Counted from the first letter of the stretch, positions 1-9,906 are shown. The stretch: 64,000 bases of DNA from Eubacteriales bacterium (GCA_045580325.1 JAZNNR010000017.1:5682-69681); one strand, 5' to 3'. The notes: generated by a model not told the origin, from the letters alone. Program-made: numbers and translations.

Positions 1-1033
1 AACCGCCGCCCTCAGTATTAGACCAGCTTCTCATAAGTATACCGTAGAGGTTGCCTGTGAGAGGTCCCTGATTGGTTTCAATAGCGAGAGCTCCGTTTGC
101 AAATACCTTAATATTACCATCTGCATTCCATTCAACTGCAAGTGTAACACCACTAAAAACGTCAATACCAAGGTCTGCAGGGTTAGCAGTTAGATAAGGA
201 TTCCACTCGCCCATTTTTATAAGCTGTATTTCACCGTAACCACTGATACATGCGAACCAGTAGCTTACGTCAGCGGAGTCCATACCAAACTCGTGGTCGC
301 CGTCAATATCAGAAAGAGCAAATACGATACCGTTTCTGGTGTTGCCGTCGTAGTTATGTGGAAGGTCTTTGAAGGTAGCTTCTACTCTGTTTACTGTGAG
401 AGCATTATCAAAGAGAAGGAAGTTTTCCATCGCACCTACTGCCGGCTTAATTGCGCCGTCTGTTTCGGTCCAGATGTTGCCGTTCACAAAATACGGATTG
501 AGAGGATTGCCGTTTGCGTCTACGCAGTTGCTGTAAGAATCGCCCTTAACGGTGATTGTACCAGGTACTGTGGCAACCTCAACATCTTCTTCAGCAAGGT
601 TGTTAACGCACAATACTACAATCTCAATCTTATAGTCGCCGGGTGCTGCATTTTCTGCAACAGTGAAAGCAAATGATCCCAAAGGACCGCCTTCTGTAAT
701 ATCTTCTTCCTCACCCAGCCACAGGGGGGAGATGCCGTTTGTAAAGTCAGTGAAGAGCTCAGAGAGGTTTTTCTGACCTACAGGATCTTTGGAAGTTGCC
801 TTTCTTGTGGCAAGCGTCAAAGCGGTCTTGTCATACTTGATGTTGACATTTATAGCGTATATGCCGATTTCATCAGGGTTCTCTAATGACAACTCCAAGT
901 ATACCGTTTCGCCTTTTTCTGCCTCTACGCTATCAAATTTAAGAGTCGGTTCGCCGGCAGCAAAAATCGGTACTGTCACGAAAATCGATGCTATCATTGA
1001 TAACACGAGCAGAAATGAAAGTAGTTTTTTCAT
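1..1033 (-). CDS. secreted cohesin-domain-like surface protein (N-terminal part; 3' end lies beyond the window start)
   Basis: Absent from the ORF track because it runs off the edge. Hand translation from ATG (rc of 1031-1033) gives MKKLLSFLLVLSMIASIFVTVPIFAAGEPTLKFDSVEAEKGETVY..., a signal peptide followed by a cohesin-like beta module. GGAGG (rc of 1041-1045) lies upstream. Confidence 0.6.
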   Translation of the reverse strand, partial: MKKLLSFLLVLSMIASIFVTVPIFAAGEPTLKFDSVEAEKGETVYLELSLENPDEIGIYAINVNIKYDKTALTLATRKATSKDPVGQKNLSELFTDFTNGISPLWLGEEEDITEGGPLGSFAFTVAENAAPGDYKIEIVVLCVNNLAEEDVEVATVPGTITVKGDSYSNCVDANGNPLNPYFVNGNIWTETDGAIKPAVGAMENFLLFDNALTVNRVEATFKDLPHNYDGNTRNGIVFALSDIDGDHEFGMDSADVSYWFACISGYGEIQLIKMGEWNPYLTANPADLGIDVFSGVTLAVEWNADGNIKVFANGALAIETNQGPLTGNLYGILMRSWSNTEGGG

Positions 1034-1289
1034 TATTTTTCCTCCATCTAATGAATTTAATGAATTTTACGTGCAGATACGTGTCGGCACGTTATAAGTG
1101 TACAGTATATTTTAATACATAAACGCTTTTTTTTCAATAAGATTTCGTGAATTTCTTTCAATTATAAATTATTTTGGCGATTTGCTTAAATTGTGAGTAT
1201 TACTTTTGTACATACTGCCTATCAAAAAAACAATAAAAATTAACCCACATTCCGCATTTTTCCAAAAGACAGAATATGAGGTATAAAAA

Positions 1290-2198
1290 TCATTTTACGA
1301 GTGTTAAAATAAACTCAAAATTACCGTCAAGGGCTACTCTATCGCTCCATATCGGTAAAAGGACGCTGCTGCCCGCGTGCACGTTGAGTGCACCCACTTT
1401 ACCCTTACCCGAAATAACAAGCAAGTGGCGGAATTTATCACATTTTCCTTCAATTTCCTTACAAATTGCACTGCTTTTCTTTTCAACTCTGAAAATATCA
1501 CAGTCAGCAAGAAGCTCATCGCTGATTTTATCCGCACACGAATATCTTATCTTGTCAATTTCGCTCTGTGTACGAAGCTCTATAACGTCAAGCGCCTTTT
1601 TTATATGGAGCTCTCTGCCTCTGTCATAGTCATACACGCGGTAGGTAACGTTAGAAGACTGTTGTATCTCGGCAATAAGTATTCCTGCGCCTATTGCGTG
1701 AACACAGCCTGCGGGGATAAAGAAAACGTCGCCGCTGTGAACGTCAACGTAGTTCAGGCACTCATCTATTTTGTTTTCTTTGACTGCTTTTCTAAAATCA
1801 TCTTTGCTCACGCCCTCGCGCAGTCCGTAAACGAGCTGTGCGCCCGGTCTTGCATCTACGACGTACCACATTTCAGTTTTGCCGAGGTCGCCCTCGTTTT
1901 CGCGTGCATACTCATCGGCGGGGTGAACCTGCACCGAAAGATCCTTTTCGGCGTCAATAAACTTTATAAGTACGGGAAAATCCTCCGTACCGTAAAGCTC
2001 GGAGAGAGGCGCTCCCGAAAGCTCGCCGCTGGCGATCATATTCGTAGCGTCAGCTCTGACGGTAAGCTCCCACGTTTCAGCAATTCGCTCGTCCGCGCCG
2101 TTTCCTTTTCCGAATTCGCGTGCGAGTCTGTTTCCGCCCCAAATTATGTCTTTACAAATCGGGGAAAGAAGGATCGGCTCGTTAACATTCTTTTTCAT
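1290..2198 (-). CDS. manA: mannose-6-phosphate isomerase, class I
   Basis: 302-aa ORF with PMI-type-I signatures (IWGG, ETWE, VQVHP, GKTEMWYV, FIPAG..HA). Confidence 0.85.
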   Translation of the reverse strand: MKKNVNEPILLSPICKDIIWGGNRLAREFGKGNGADERIAETWELTVRADATNMIASGELSGAPLSELYGTEDFPVLIKFIDAEKDLSVQVHPADEYARENEGDLGKTEMWYVVDARPGAQLVYGLREGVSKDDFRKAVKENKIDECLNYVDVHSGDVFFIPAGCVHAIGAGILIAEIQQSSNVTYRVYDYDRGRELHIKKALDVIELRTQSEIDKIRYSCADKISDELLADCDIFRVEKKSSAICKEIEGKCDKFRHLLVISGKGKVGALNVHAGSSVLLPIWSDRVALDGNFEFILTLVK

Positions 2199-2236
2199 AT
2201 CTTATTTTCCTTTCGGTAATACAGATTAACGCTCGT

Positions 2237-2267
2237 AAAAAATAAAGTCGGGAAGAAATATCCCGAC
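2237..2267 (-). terminator. rho-independent terminator after the LRR lipoprotein gene
   Basis: Hairpin GTCGGGA (2247-2253) / TCCCGAC (2261-2267), followed on the minus strand by TTTATTTTTT. Confidence 0.6.
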
Positions 2268-2284
2268 CTTATATTTTGAATGTT

Positions 2285-3097
2285 TTATTTTGCAAGCGAC
2301 GTGCAGTTATCAAATGCACCCTCGCCAACCGTCGTTACACTCGCGGGAATATCAGCCTTTGTAAGAGATACACACCACTTGAACGCGCCTGCGCCGATTG
2401 TTGTAAGCGAGGTGCCAAATTCAACCTCGGTAAGTGCTGTGCAGTATGCAAATGCGTTTTCGCCGATAGATGCAACCTTTGCGCCAAGCGTGAGGTCTGC
2501 AAGAGCGCTGCACTCTGTGCAAAGCCCTGCGGGAATTTCTGTAACGCTTACAGGGATCTCAAGTGCTGTAAGAGCGGAGCAGTATGCGAATGCTCTTTCG
2601 CCGAGTGTTGAGAGCGTAGAAGGAAGCTGAACACTTTCAAGAGAGTAGCTGTACCAGAATGCCTCTGCCGCAATCTCTGTAACTCCCTCGGGAACTACGA
2701 CCGAAGCAAGAAGTGTGTTTCTTTCAAAAGCGCCTCTTGCGATCTTCTTGACCTGTACTCCGTCTATTTTGTCGGGAATTACGAGGTCTATCGTCTTTAC
2801 CTCTTCTTCATCCTCAGAAGCTTCAGCAGCATCGTCCTCTGCCTCGTTTACAGTGAAATCATACTTAGTTATTTCGATATAGTTATCGTCTACGTAAAGA
2901 TTGTATGTATAGTTCTCATATACACAGCCGTACTTTATATTGTCCTTTGGTTTGTTTTCGTCGTCTTTTCCGTCATCCTCTTTTCCGAGAAGGTCCTCAA
3001 GCTTGATATCGTCCTCGTCGGTAGTCTTATCGGAGCCACACGATACAAGCGTCATAATAGCAAGCGCAAAAACAAGTATCAAAGCGATTTTTTTCAT
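2285..3097 (-). CDS. BspA-type leucine-rich-repeat lipoprotein
   Basis: Start moved to MKKIALILVFALAIMTLVSCG (lipobox) at 3097, with an AAAGGAAAA RBS. The C-terminal half is repeated ...IP.SVT.IG..AF..C..L... LRR_5-like units. Confidence 0.75.
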   Translation of the reverse strand: MKKIALILVFALAIMTLVSCGSDKTTDEDDIKLEDLLGKEDDGKDDENKPKDNIKYGCVYENYTYNLYVDDNYIEITKYDFTVNEAEDDAAEASEDEEEVKTIDLVIPDKIDGVQVKKIARGAFERNTLLASVVVPEGVTEIAAEAFWYSYSLESVQLPSTLSTLGERAFAYCSALTALEIPVSVTEIPAGLCTECSALADLTLGAKVASIGENAFAYCTALTEVEFGTSLTTIGAGAFKWCVSLTKADIPASVTTVGEGAFDNCTSLAK

Positions 3098-3331
3098 ATT
3101 TATTTTTCCTTTCTTTAGCAAACAAAGCTTTCGCATATGTATTTTGATTATAACATCTATTATTATTTTTGTCAACAAGATTTTAATTATTTTTGAGGTA
3201 TTTATTTTTATTTCAAAGTTATTTACCGTAAATTAACGCAAAAACGTACACAAATTTACAAAAAATTTATCTACAAGCCAATTTATATATGGTATAATGG
3301 ATTATTATGATACTTAAGGAGAGCTACGCTT

Positions 3332-4216
3332 ATGTTCGGATATGTAAAAGCACTTACGCCTGAGCTGAGAGTAAAAGAATTTGAGCTGTATAGAAGCGTT
3401 TACTGCGGGCTCTGCCACCATATAAAAAAGAGAAGTCCTTTTATGACCTTCTCTCTCAGCTACGATTTCGTTTTACCCGCGCTTTTTTCGCTCGCTTTTA
3501 CCGACATTGAAAATATATCCTTTAAGAAAAAGCGCTGTCTTGCCCACCCGCTGAGAAAGCGCAGAGTCATCGACGGCGGCGAAAATATGCAGGCTGTCGC
3601 AGATGCCGCAATTTTGCTCGTATATTACAAGCTTCTTGACGACAAGACCGACAAGGACGAAAAATTTAGCAAAAAAATATCGTCTGCGTTCGCCCTTCCC
3701 TTTGCCGCACGCGCGCGAAAAAGGGTACTGCGCGCAGGATATTCGGCGATAGACGATATAATAAAAGAAAAAATTGCATCTCTTTCACTTTGCGAAAAGG
3801 AAAGACGCGAAAGCGTTTACGAGTGTGCGAGTATCTTTGGTGAGCTTCTTGCCGAGGTCTTCTCCGCATCGGTGAAAAAAGAGTCCGATCGACGCTGTAT
3901 GTATGAGCTTGGCTACCGAGTCGGACGCTGGATATATATTGCCGACGCGCTTGATGACATCGAAAAGGACAGAAAAAACGGCAGCTACAATCCTTTTATT
4001 CTTTCAGGGGAGGACACCTCCTCGCAGTCCTTTAAAGAAAACATCGAAATGGCACTTAAGCTCGAGCTTTCCGAAAGCGAAAAAGCATTTGACCTGCTTG
4101 AGATAGGCGACGTCGGGATATTTAATATAATACAAAACATATTATATATCGGTATGCCCGATGTCATACACCGCATTTTATACAAAAAGGACTGCAAAGA
4201 CTGCACAAAAGCGTAA
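3332..4216 (+). CDS. DUF5685 family protein
   Basis: The N-terminus MFGYVKALTPELRVKEFELYRSVYCGLCHHIKK matches my recollection of the DUF5685 signature. An extended -10 (TGgTATAAT, 3290-3298) lies upstream. Confidence 0.6.
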   Translation: MFGYVKALTPELRVKEFELYRSVYCGLCHHIKKRSPFMTFSLSYDFVLPALFSLAFTDIENISFKKKRCLAHPLRKRRVIDGGENMQAVADAAILLVYYKLLDDKTDKDEKFSKKISSAFALPFAARARKRVLRAGYSAIDDIIKEKIASLSLCEKERRESVYECASIFGELLAEVFSASVKKESDRRCMYELGYRVGRWIYIADALDDIEKDRKNGSYNPFILSGEDTSSQSFKENIEMALKLELSESEKAFDLLEIGDVGIFNIIQNILYIGMPDVIHRILYKKDCKDCTKA

Positions 4217-4266
4217 TTTACCGTAATATTATTATATAACTCAAAATCAGAAAGGTTATCTCTAAA

Positions 4267-4899
4267 ATGAACGATCCTTACAAGGTTCTCGGTGTGTCGC
4301 GCGACGCAAGCGACGAGGAAATCAAAAAAGCATACCGTGAGCTTGCGCGAAAATATCACCCCGACAATTACGTAAACAATCCTCTTGCCGACCTTGTGCA
4401 AGAAAAAATGAAGGAAATAAACGAAGCCTACGAGGAAATAAGACGCTCGCGCGCAAATTCACGCTCCTCGGGAAGCTCTTCCTCGGGATATTACGGCAGC
4501 ACAGACTATTCGGACGCTTCGTACGACGGTGCGCTCAAAGACATACGAATACTTATAAATTCGGGACAGTATAACGAGGCGACTATACGGCTCGACGCCC
4601 TGCCGAAATCGGCGCGAAATGCAGAATGGCACTTCCTCAAGGGCTGTCTGCTTATGCAGAGAGGATATTTTTACGATGCTACCCGTCTTTTTGAAACGGC
4701 TTGCTACCTTGACCCAAACAACGAGGAATACCGTAGCGCACTTAACGAGCTGAAAAGCAGAAGCAGCTCCTACGGACAGCAGTACCGCAGGGCAAACACA
4801 TCATCGTCTGACGATGCGCTGTGTAGTATGTGCACAGGTCTTATCTGCGCCGACTGTATGTGCGAAATGTGCGGCGGCGATCTTATCGGCTGTATGTAG
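4267..4899 (+). CDS. J-domain (DnaJ-like) protein with TPR-like middle region and Cys-rich C-terminal tail
   Basis: YKVLGV...[15 protein letters not shown]-domain motif. The C-terminus is [25 protein letters not shown]. Confidence 0.85.
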   Translation: MNDPYKVLGVSRDASDEEIKKAYRELARKYHPDNYVNNPLADLVQEKMKEINEAYEEIRRSRANSRSSGSSSSGYYGSTDYSDASYDGALKDIRILINSGQYNEATIRLDALPKSARNAEWHFLKGCLLMQRGYFYDATRLFETACYLDPNNEEYRSALNELKSRSSSYGQQYRRANTSSSDDALCSMCTGLICADCMCEMCGGDLIGCM

Positions 4900-4940
4900 G
4901 CCTGAACGCAGTTTTTCCAAACAATCACAGGAAGGTTTTT

Positions 4941-5471
4941 ATGAAAAAAACGAAAGTTATCGTACTTAACGCTCTTCTCTCGGCTATGGGAAGCGCACTT
5001 CTCTGCCTTGGATCTATCCTCGGCGACCTTGATCTTACCTTCGCGGCGGCGGCATCTATCACAGTTTTTTGGGCGGCTCTCGAGCTTGGTCTTAAGTCGG
5101 CAAGTGCCGTATGGCTCGTAACCTCACTTCTTTCTATGATGATAGCTCCTGCGAAATTCGCCCCCCTGATATTTGCGGTATTCGTGGGAATATATCCGAT
5201 ACTCAAGCTCGTATGCGAGAGATTTCGACCTCTTATCTCGTGGACTATAAAAATAGCAGCGACAAACGTGGCAGTCGTGATCCTTACTCTTATCTGGAAG
5301 TTTATACTCTTCCCTTCTATGAACCCCGAGTGGTGGGTGTACGTCGCAGTCATAGTGCTTTCGAATATCACGATCGTCGTATTTGACTATCTTCTTTCTC
5401 AGCTTGCTCTGCTTTATTTCGGAAAGCTGAAGAAAAAGTATAAAATATTTAATATTATCGATAAAAAATAA
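4941..5471 (+). CDS. multi-pass membrane protein, function unknown
   Basis: ATG at 4941 is preceded by AGGAAGG. The product has about 5 hydrophobic helices. The ORF-track start at 4830 overlaps the upstream gene and lacks an RBS. Confidence 0.55.
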   Translation: MKKTKVIVLNALLSAMGSALLCLGSILGDLDLTFAAAASITVFWAALELGLKSASAVWLVTSLLSMMIAPAKFAPLIFAVFVGIYPILKLVCERFRPLISWTIKIAATNVAVVILTLIWKFILFPSMNPEWWVYVAVIVLSNITIVVFDYLLSQLALLYFGKLKKKYKIFNIIDKK

Positions 5472-5537
5472 ATAAAAAATCTCACCTCGCGGATAATTTG
5501 CAAATTTTGGTGCAATAATATCCTCGAGGTGATTTTT

Positions 5538-5993
5538 ATGCAACTTACGCAAAAAGAAAAAGACTTACTGAAGGATATGAAGGACGAGGAGCAGCTTTGT
5601 ATTGACAAATACACACGTCATTCGCAGACTGCACACGATGCACAGCTCAAAAATCTTTTCTCCTGTATCGCACAGGTAGAAAGAGAGCATCTTAACACTC
5701 TGAGCTCTATCGAGTCGGGCAGCAGCTCGCAGGGTTCGGGCGGCGGCACAAGCTGTCCGACGACCTTCACGGCGACCTACAACAGTACTGAAACTCCCGA
5801 GAAAAAGGACGACTGCTTCCTTTGCAGCGACCTTCTGGCAGGAGAAAAGCACGCTTCTCATCTTTATGACACCTGTGTCTTTGAATTCAGCGACACGAAC
5901 GTGAGAAATACCATCAACCACATTCAGAAGGAAGAACAAAATCACGGAAAAATGATTTACGATTATATGAAGACAAATTCAATGTATTCGTAA
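5538..5993 (+). CDS. spore coat protein F (CotF)-like protein
   Basis: ATG at 5538 lies 6 nt after GAGGTG. The LTQKEKDLLKDMKDEEQLCIDKY...EREHL and ...GEKHASHLYD...EEQNHG repeats are typical of the Coat_F fold. Confidence 0.6.
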   Translation: MQLTQKEKDLLKDMKDEEQLCIDKYTRHSQTAHDAQLKNLFSCIAQVEREHLNTLSSIESGSSSQGSGGGTSCPTTFTATYNSTETPEKKDDCFLCSDLLAGEKHASHLYDTCVFEFSDTNVRNTINHIQKEEQNHGKMIYDYMKTNSMYS

Positions 5994-6040
5994 AAACCGA
6001 AAGCATATTTCTCAATATGTATACTTCAAAAAAGGGATAG

Positions 6041-6076
6041 AGAAACGCTGTGTTCTCTGTCCTTTTTTTGTGAATC
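6041..6076 (+). terminator. rho-independent terminator after the cotF-like gene
   Basis: GGGATAGAGAA-acgctgtg-TTCTCTGTCC hairpin followed by TTTTTTT. Confidence 0.65.
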
Positions 6077-6125
6077 ACTGACTTATTTAAAATAACAAAC
6101 TACGATCGCCCTTTATTATATCGCC

Positions 6126-6200
6126 GTAGGGGAGGGGCTTGCTCCTCCCGCTTGCACAATGGTTTATACAAAGCGGGGCGTCGAAGGCGCCGCCCCCTAC
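6126..6200. repeat. inverted pair of GTAG-headed GC-rich hairpins (REP/REPIN-like)
   Basis: GTAGGGGAGGGGCTTGCTCCTCCCGC (6126-6151, +) and GTAGGGGGCGGCGCCTTCGACGCCCCGC (rc of 6173-6200). Same type as the pair at 22838-22917. Confidence 0.6.
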
Positions 6201-6211
6201 AAGTGCGTTGC

Positions 6212-6490
6212 TCAGTTTTCTAATTTCCCTAAGCTCCCTGCCTCGAGCAAAAACGAAAGGGCAAACTCACACCCCTTGAAAAACGCCTTTTTTATAAAGA
6301 GAGCTTCCATATCATATATCGCATCAATATATTTACCCAGAGCTTCACTCTGTTCTTTACCGAGTAAAGCGTTTAGCTGCTCGTGCAGCTCTCCCGTTTT
6401 TCTCGTAAGCTCTCTTTCCTTGTCTGTATCCATCTCGGCACATTTGTCCGAAAGATATTCGTCCCATAACTTATCAAGTGTTTGTTTCAT
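6212..6490 (-). CDS. small helical hypothetical protein, divergent from the XRE regulator gene
   Basis: 92-aa ORF with no recognisable domain. Its divergent arrangement with an HTH gene suggests a regulated partner. Confidence 0.45.
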   Translation of the reverse strand: MKQTLDKLWDEYLSDKCAEMDTDKERELTRKTGELHEQLNALLGKEQSEALGKYIDAIYDMEALFIKKAFFKGCEFALSFLLEAGSLGKLEN

Positions 6491-6518
6491 TTTACTTGCC
6501 TTTCTTTGCAGTTTAGAA

Positions 6519-6577
6519 GTGAACTAAGTACATTATAGTTCACATACGAACTAAAGTCAACCCCTTTTAGTTCATTT
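6519..6577. promoter_or_regulatory. two operator-like palindromes sharing the half-site TAGTTC
   Basis: GTGAACTA-N9-TAGTTCAC (6519-6543) and GAACTAAAG-N..-CTTTTAGTTC (6548-6577), in the 120-bp divergent intergenic region next to the XRE gene. Confidence 0.45.
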
Positions 6578-6610
6578 GTGTTATAATTTCTAAAAAAACA
6601 GGGTGAGAAA

Positions 6611-6829
6611 ATGAACGTATATCAAAGATTAAGAGATCTTAGGGAAGATGCTGACAAAAGTCAGGAAGAAATTGCAAAAATTATAGGTACAAGCCAATCG
6701 TATTACGCACAATATGAAAACGGCAAAAGATCTATTCCGTTTGATCGTATGGTTATTTTGGCAAAATACTACAACGTTTCGCTTGACTATCTCGCAGGGA
6801 TTATTGACACCCCGAGAAAGTTGAAATAA
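6611..6829 (+). CDS. XRE-family helix-turn-helix transcriptional regulator
   Basis: 72 aa. LRDLREDADKSQEEIAKIIGTSQSYYAQYENGKRSIP...LAKYYNVSLDYL is a classic HTH_3 sequence. Confidence 0.85.
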   Translation: MNVYQRLRDLREDADKSQEEIAKIIGTSQSYYAQYENGKRSIPFDRMVILAKYYNVSLDYLAGIIDTPRKLK

Positions 6830-6844
6830 AATACATTTATAAAA

Positions 6845-6888
6845 CACAAAATCGGCAGAAGAGCAATTCTTCTGCCGATTTTTTGTGT
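6845..6888. terminator. bidirectional terminator between the XRE gene and trkH
   Basis: ATCGGCAGAAG-agcaatt-CTTCTGCCGAT hairpin flanked by A- and T-runs. Confidence 0.7.
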
Positions 6889-6897
6889 GAATTTTTA

Positions 6898-8340
6898 TCA
6901 TCTAACGTTCTTCTTCCACGAGCCCGGGGAGAAAAATACTATTATCGGGAATATTTCAAGACGTCCGAGAAGCATATTGAAGGTCAGAACCATCTTGGAA
7001 AGAGGCGAATACGCCGAGAAATTACCCACCGGTCCGACCATTCCGAGTCCGGGGCCGATATTATTGAAGCAGGCAATCTCTGCGGTAATATTGGTAGTAA
7101 AATCAAACCCGTCAAGCGATATTATCAGAGTTGATATTATCGTTATAAAAACATACAAAGAGAAATAAACCAAAGTATTTCTGACAATAGAATTATCGAC
7201 AGCTGAATTTTCAAGACGTACTGTGGTTACCGCTCTCGGATGCAATAAATGCTTCATTTCCTGTGCAAAAGTCTTAAACAGCAAGATAACTCTGCTAATC
7301 TTGAGTCCGCCACCTGTAGAACCGGCGCACGCACCGATTATCATAAGCATAACAAGAATACTTTGTGAAAATGCAGGCCAAAGTGCAAAATCGGCAGTTC
7401 CGTATCCTGTTGTTGTTATTATCGAGGAAACTTGGAAGAAAGCATACCTTAATGCTACTGATATATTTTCATATTGATCCAAAATATTTACCGCTATGGC
7501 GAGAGTAGCTAAGGCAACAATTATGATATACCATCTTAATTCTTCGCTTTTAAAAGCCTCTTTTGCCTTTTTTATGAGTATAAAGTAAAAAAGATTGAAG
7601 TTGATTCCAAACAACAGCATAAATATCGAAAGTACTACATCTATGTACGCGCTGTTATAATAAGAAATACCCTCTGTTTTTATAGAAAATCCGCCCGTTC
7701 CTGCTGCTCCGAAAGCGTGGCATATGGAATCGTAGAGCGGCATATCTCCTACGCAAAGCAGTACTATAAGTATAAGGGTCATTACAGCATATACTGCATA
7801 AAGAATTATCGCTGTCTTGCGTATTTTCGGCACGAGCTTACCGACAACAGGGCCGGGCACCTCGGCTCTCATTATATGCATAGAGTCTGACATCGGCATT
7901 ATCGCAAGGACGAATACAAGAACTCCCATTCCGCCTACCCAGTGCGAAAAGCTCCTCCAAAAGAGAATACATTTCGGCAGAGCTCCGGGGTCCTTAAGCA
8001 CGGTCGCACCCGTTGTTGTAAAGCCGGATACCATCTCGAAAATACAGTCCCATACAGACTCAAAATGTCCGCACAGATAAAAGGGGACAGCTCCTGCAAG
8101 AGCCATAAATATCCACGCAGCTGCAACGATAAAAAATCCGTCGCGGACGTATATTACCGTGTTTTGCGGCTTTTTCATACCGAATATCAGCCCCGCCGCA
8201 AGAAGTATAACCATCGGTAAAGCAAAGGACCACGCCTCGCTTTCTTTATATATAAGACCGACGATCACAGGCGGTATCATAAGAAAAAATTCGGCAAGAA
8301 AAACGCGTCCCAAAACATATGAAATCATTTTTCTATTCAT
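6898..8340 (-). CDS. trkH: TrkH/KtrB-family potassium uptake permease
   Basis: 480-aa polytopic protein with TrkH signatures (GFTTTGA, TTTGYG, GGSTGGGLK). Confidence 0.9.
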   Translation of the reverse strand: MNRKMISYVLGRVFLAEFFLMIPPVIVGLIYKESEAWSFALPMVILLAAGLIFGMKKPQNTVIYVRDGFFIVAAAWIFMALAGAVPFYLCGHFESVWDCIFEMVSGFTTTGATVLKDPGALPKCILFWRSFSHWVGGMGVLVFVLAIMPMSDSMHIMRAEVPGPVVGKLVPKIRKTAIILYAVYAVMTLILIVLLCVGDMPLYDSICHAFGAAGTGGFSIKTEGISYYNSAYIDVVLSIFMLLFGINFNLFYFILIKKAKEAFKSEELRWYIIIVALATLAIAVNILDQYENISVALRYAFFQVSSIITTTGYGTADFALWPAFSQSILVMLMIIGACAGSTGGGLKISRVILLFKTFAQEMKHLLHPRAVTTVRLENSAVDNSIVRNTLVYFSLYVFITIISTLIISLDGFDFTTNITAEIACFNNIGPGLGMVGPVGNFSAYSPLSKMVLTFNMLLGRLEIFPIIVFFSPGSWKKNVR

Positions 8341-8391
8341 ATTACATCTCTTCTTTTTGAAAATTTACAGTCTTTAAAAATCTGTCCGAAA

Positions 8392-9756
8392 TCACTCTGC
8401 AAGTATATCCTCAAGGCTCACGATCCGCTGATTTGCCGTTACAACAAGAACGCTATCGCCCGGCATTATAGAGTCCGAGCCTTTGGGAACAAGTGCCTTT
8501 CCGTTTCGCACTATACACGCTACAAGAACGTTCTTCTTGAGCTTCAAAACGCTCAGGGGAGTGTTCACAAGCTCTGTCATATCCTCGCCGGCCTCGAATT
8601 CGAGTACTTCAACCTTTCCGCCGACTATTTTATACAGCGAAAGTACGTTTTTGTCCGAATCGCTTGCCGCAAGCGCGCGCACGTATCTGAGAATTTCATT
8701 TATCGTAACGAGCTTCGGAGAAACGATAGTTTCAAGCTCTTTGCCCTTGAACATAGAGAAAAGATTGTCGCTCGTTACCTTTACTATTACCTTATGTACG
8801 TCCTTTCTCTTTGCGTAAAGCGCAGAAAGGATATTACCCTCGTCAAGTCCTGTAAGAGCCACGAAAGCGTCTGTCTTTTCTATTCCTTCCTCGGAAAGAA
8901 GCTCGTGGTCCGAGGCATCTCCGTGAAGAACGACCGCTTTAGGAAGTGTTTTTGCCATAGCTTCCGCGCGGTTTTTGTCTTTTTCTATGATCTTTATGTC
9001 AATATTGTATCCGCTGAGCTCGTCCGCAAGGTAGTGGGTGATAGTACCCGCGCCTGTTATCATCACGCTTTTTACGGTCTTAGAGTAGAGTCCCGCCTTT
9101 TTGAACGCCTTTGCAATATCTCTCGGAGCGCCCGTAATATAGAGGTTATCTCCCTCGTTTATTACGAAATTACCGCCCGGAATGAAGACCTCCCCGCCAC
9201 GCTCTGCCGCGCATATAAGGACTGTGATGCCAAGCTTTGCAAAAAGCTCACTGAGGCGCATTCCGACGAGAACGTTGCCCGACGGCACGCGGCAGGAAAC
9301 AAGCTCCGCTCTTCCTCTGGCAAAGATTTCAACGCTTGTAGCCGAAGGAAATCTGAGCACGCGCGCGATCTCCGCTGCTGCCGCACGCTCGGGATTTATC
9401 GTCATTGAAAGTCCGAAATCGTCTTTCAGCTCGTAAAGCTGTCCCGCATATTCGGGATTTCTTACTCTCGCTATCGTGTGCTTTGCACCAAGCTTATGAG
9501 AGGCAAGACAGCAAAGGAGATTGAGCTCGTCCGAGTCTGCTGTAGCTATCAGAAGGTCGCAGCTCTCTACTCCGACCGAGCGAAGCACATCAAGGGTCGC
9601 TCCGTTTCCTACGTATCCGATAACGTCATAAGTATTGCTTATCTGCTCTATGACTCGCGAGCTACTGTCTATTACCGTAATATCGTGTCCTTCGTTTTGC
9701 AGCTGTCCTACAAGCGAGATTCCTACCGAACCTCCGCCCACAATAATTATTTTCAT
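8392..9756 (-). CDS. trkA: Trk system potassium uptake protein TrkA (tandem RCK domains)
   Basis: Start moved to MKIIIVGGGSVG (9756) behind AAAAGGAGAA. There is a second Rossmann motif, ITGAGTITH. Confidence 0.9.
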   Translation of the reverse strand: MKIIIVGGGSVGISLVGQLQNEGHDITVIDSSSRVIEQISNTYDVIGYVGNGATLDVLRSVGVESCDLLIATADSDELNLLCCLASHKLGAKHTIARVRNPEYAGQLYELKDDFGLSMTINPERAAAAEIARVLRFPSATSVEIFARGRAELVSCRVPSGNVLVGMRLSELFAKLGITVLICAAERGGEVFIPGGNFVINEGDNLYITGAPRDIAKAFKKAGLYSKTVKSVMITGAGTITHYLADELSGYNIDIKIIEKDKNRAEAMAKTLPKAVVLHGDASDHELLSEEGIEKTDAFVALTGLDEGNILSALYAKRKDVHKVIVKVTSDNLFSMFKGKELETIVSPKLVTINEILRYVRALAASDSDKNVLSLYKIVGGKVEVLEFEAGEDMTELVNTPLSVLKLKKNVLVACIVRNGKALVPKGSDSIMPGDSVLVVTANQRIVSLEDILAE

Positions 9757-9795
9757 GTTTTTCTCCTTTTCTTGGGGTTTCACCCCAATCCCCAT

Positions 9796-9906
9796 TCAAG
9801 GAACTTTTGAAAAAGTTCCTTGAAAATCCTCAAAACTTTGCTAAAAAATATAATTCTTTTTCAGAAAAGTTTTTGGGATTCTTAAACCCTTTTTTTCAAA
9901 AAGGGT
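9796..9906. repeat. composite multi-hairpin intergenic repeat, copy I
   Basis: Modules CAAGGAACTTTTGAAAAAGTTCCTTG, TCAAAACTTTGCTAAAAA, TTCAGAAAAGTTTTTGGG and CTTAAACCCTTTTTTTCAAAAAGGGTTTAAG. Same module order as 25100-25228. Confidence 0.7.

Noticed and set aside
9757-9906. c-di-AMP (ydaO/kimA-type) riboswitch upstream of trkA-trkH, given that cdaA is nearby
   Set aside because: The 150-nt leader is occupied by dispersed-repeat copy I. I could not find the pseudo-two-fold ydaO core, and the leader is too short and AT-rich for it.
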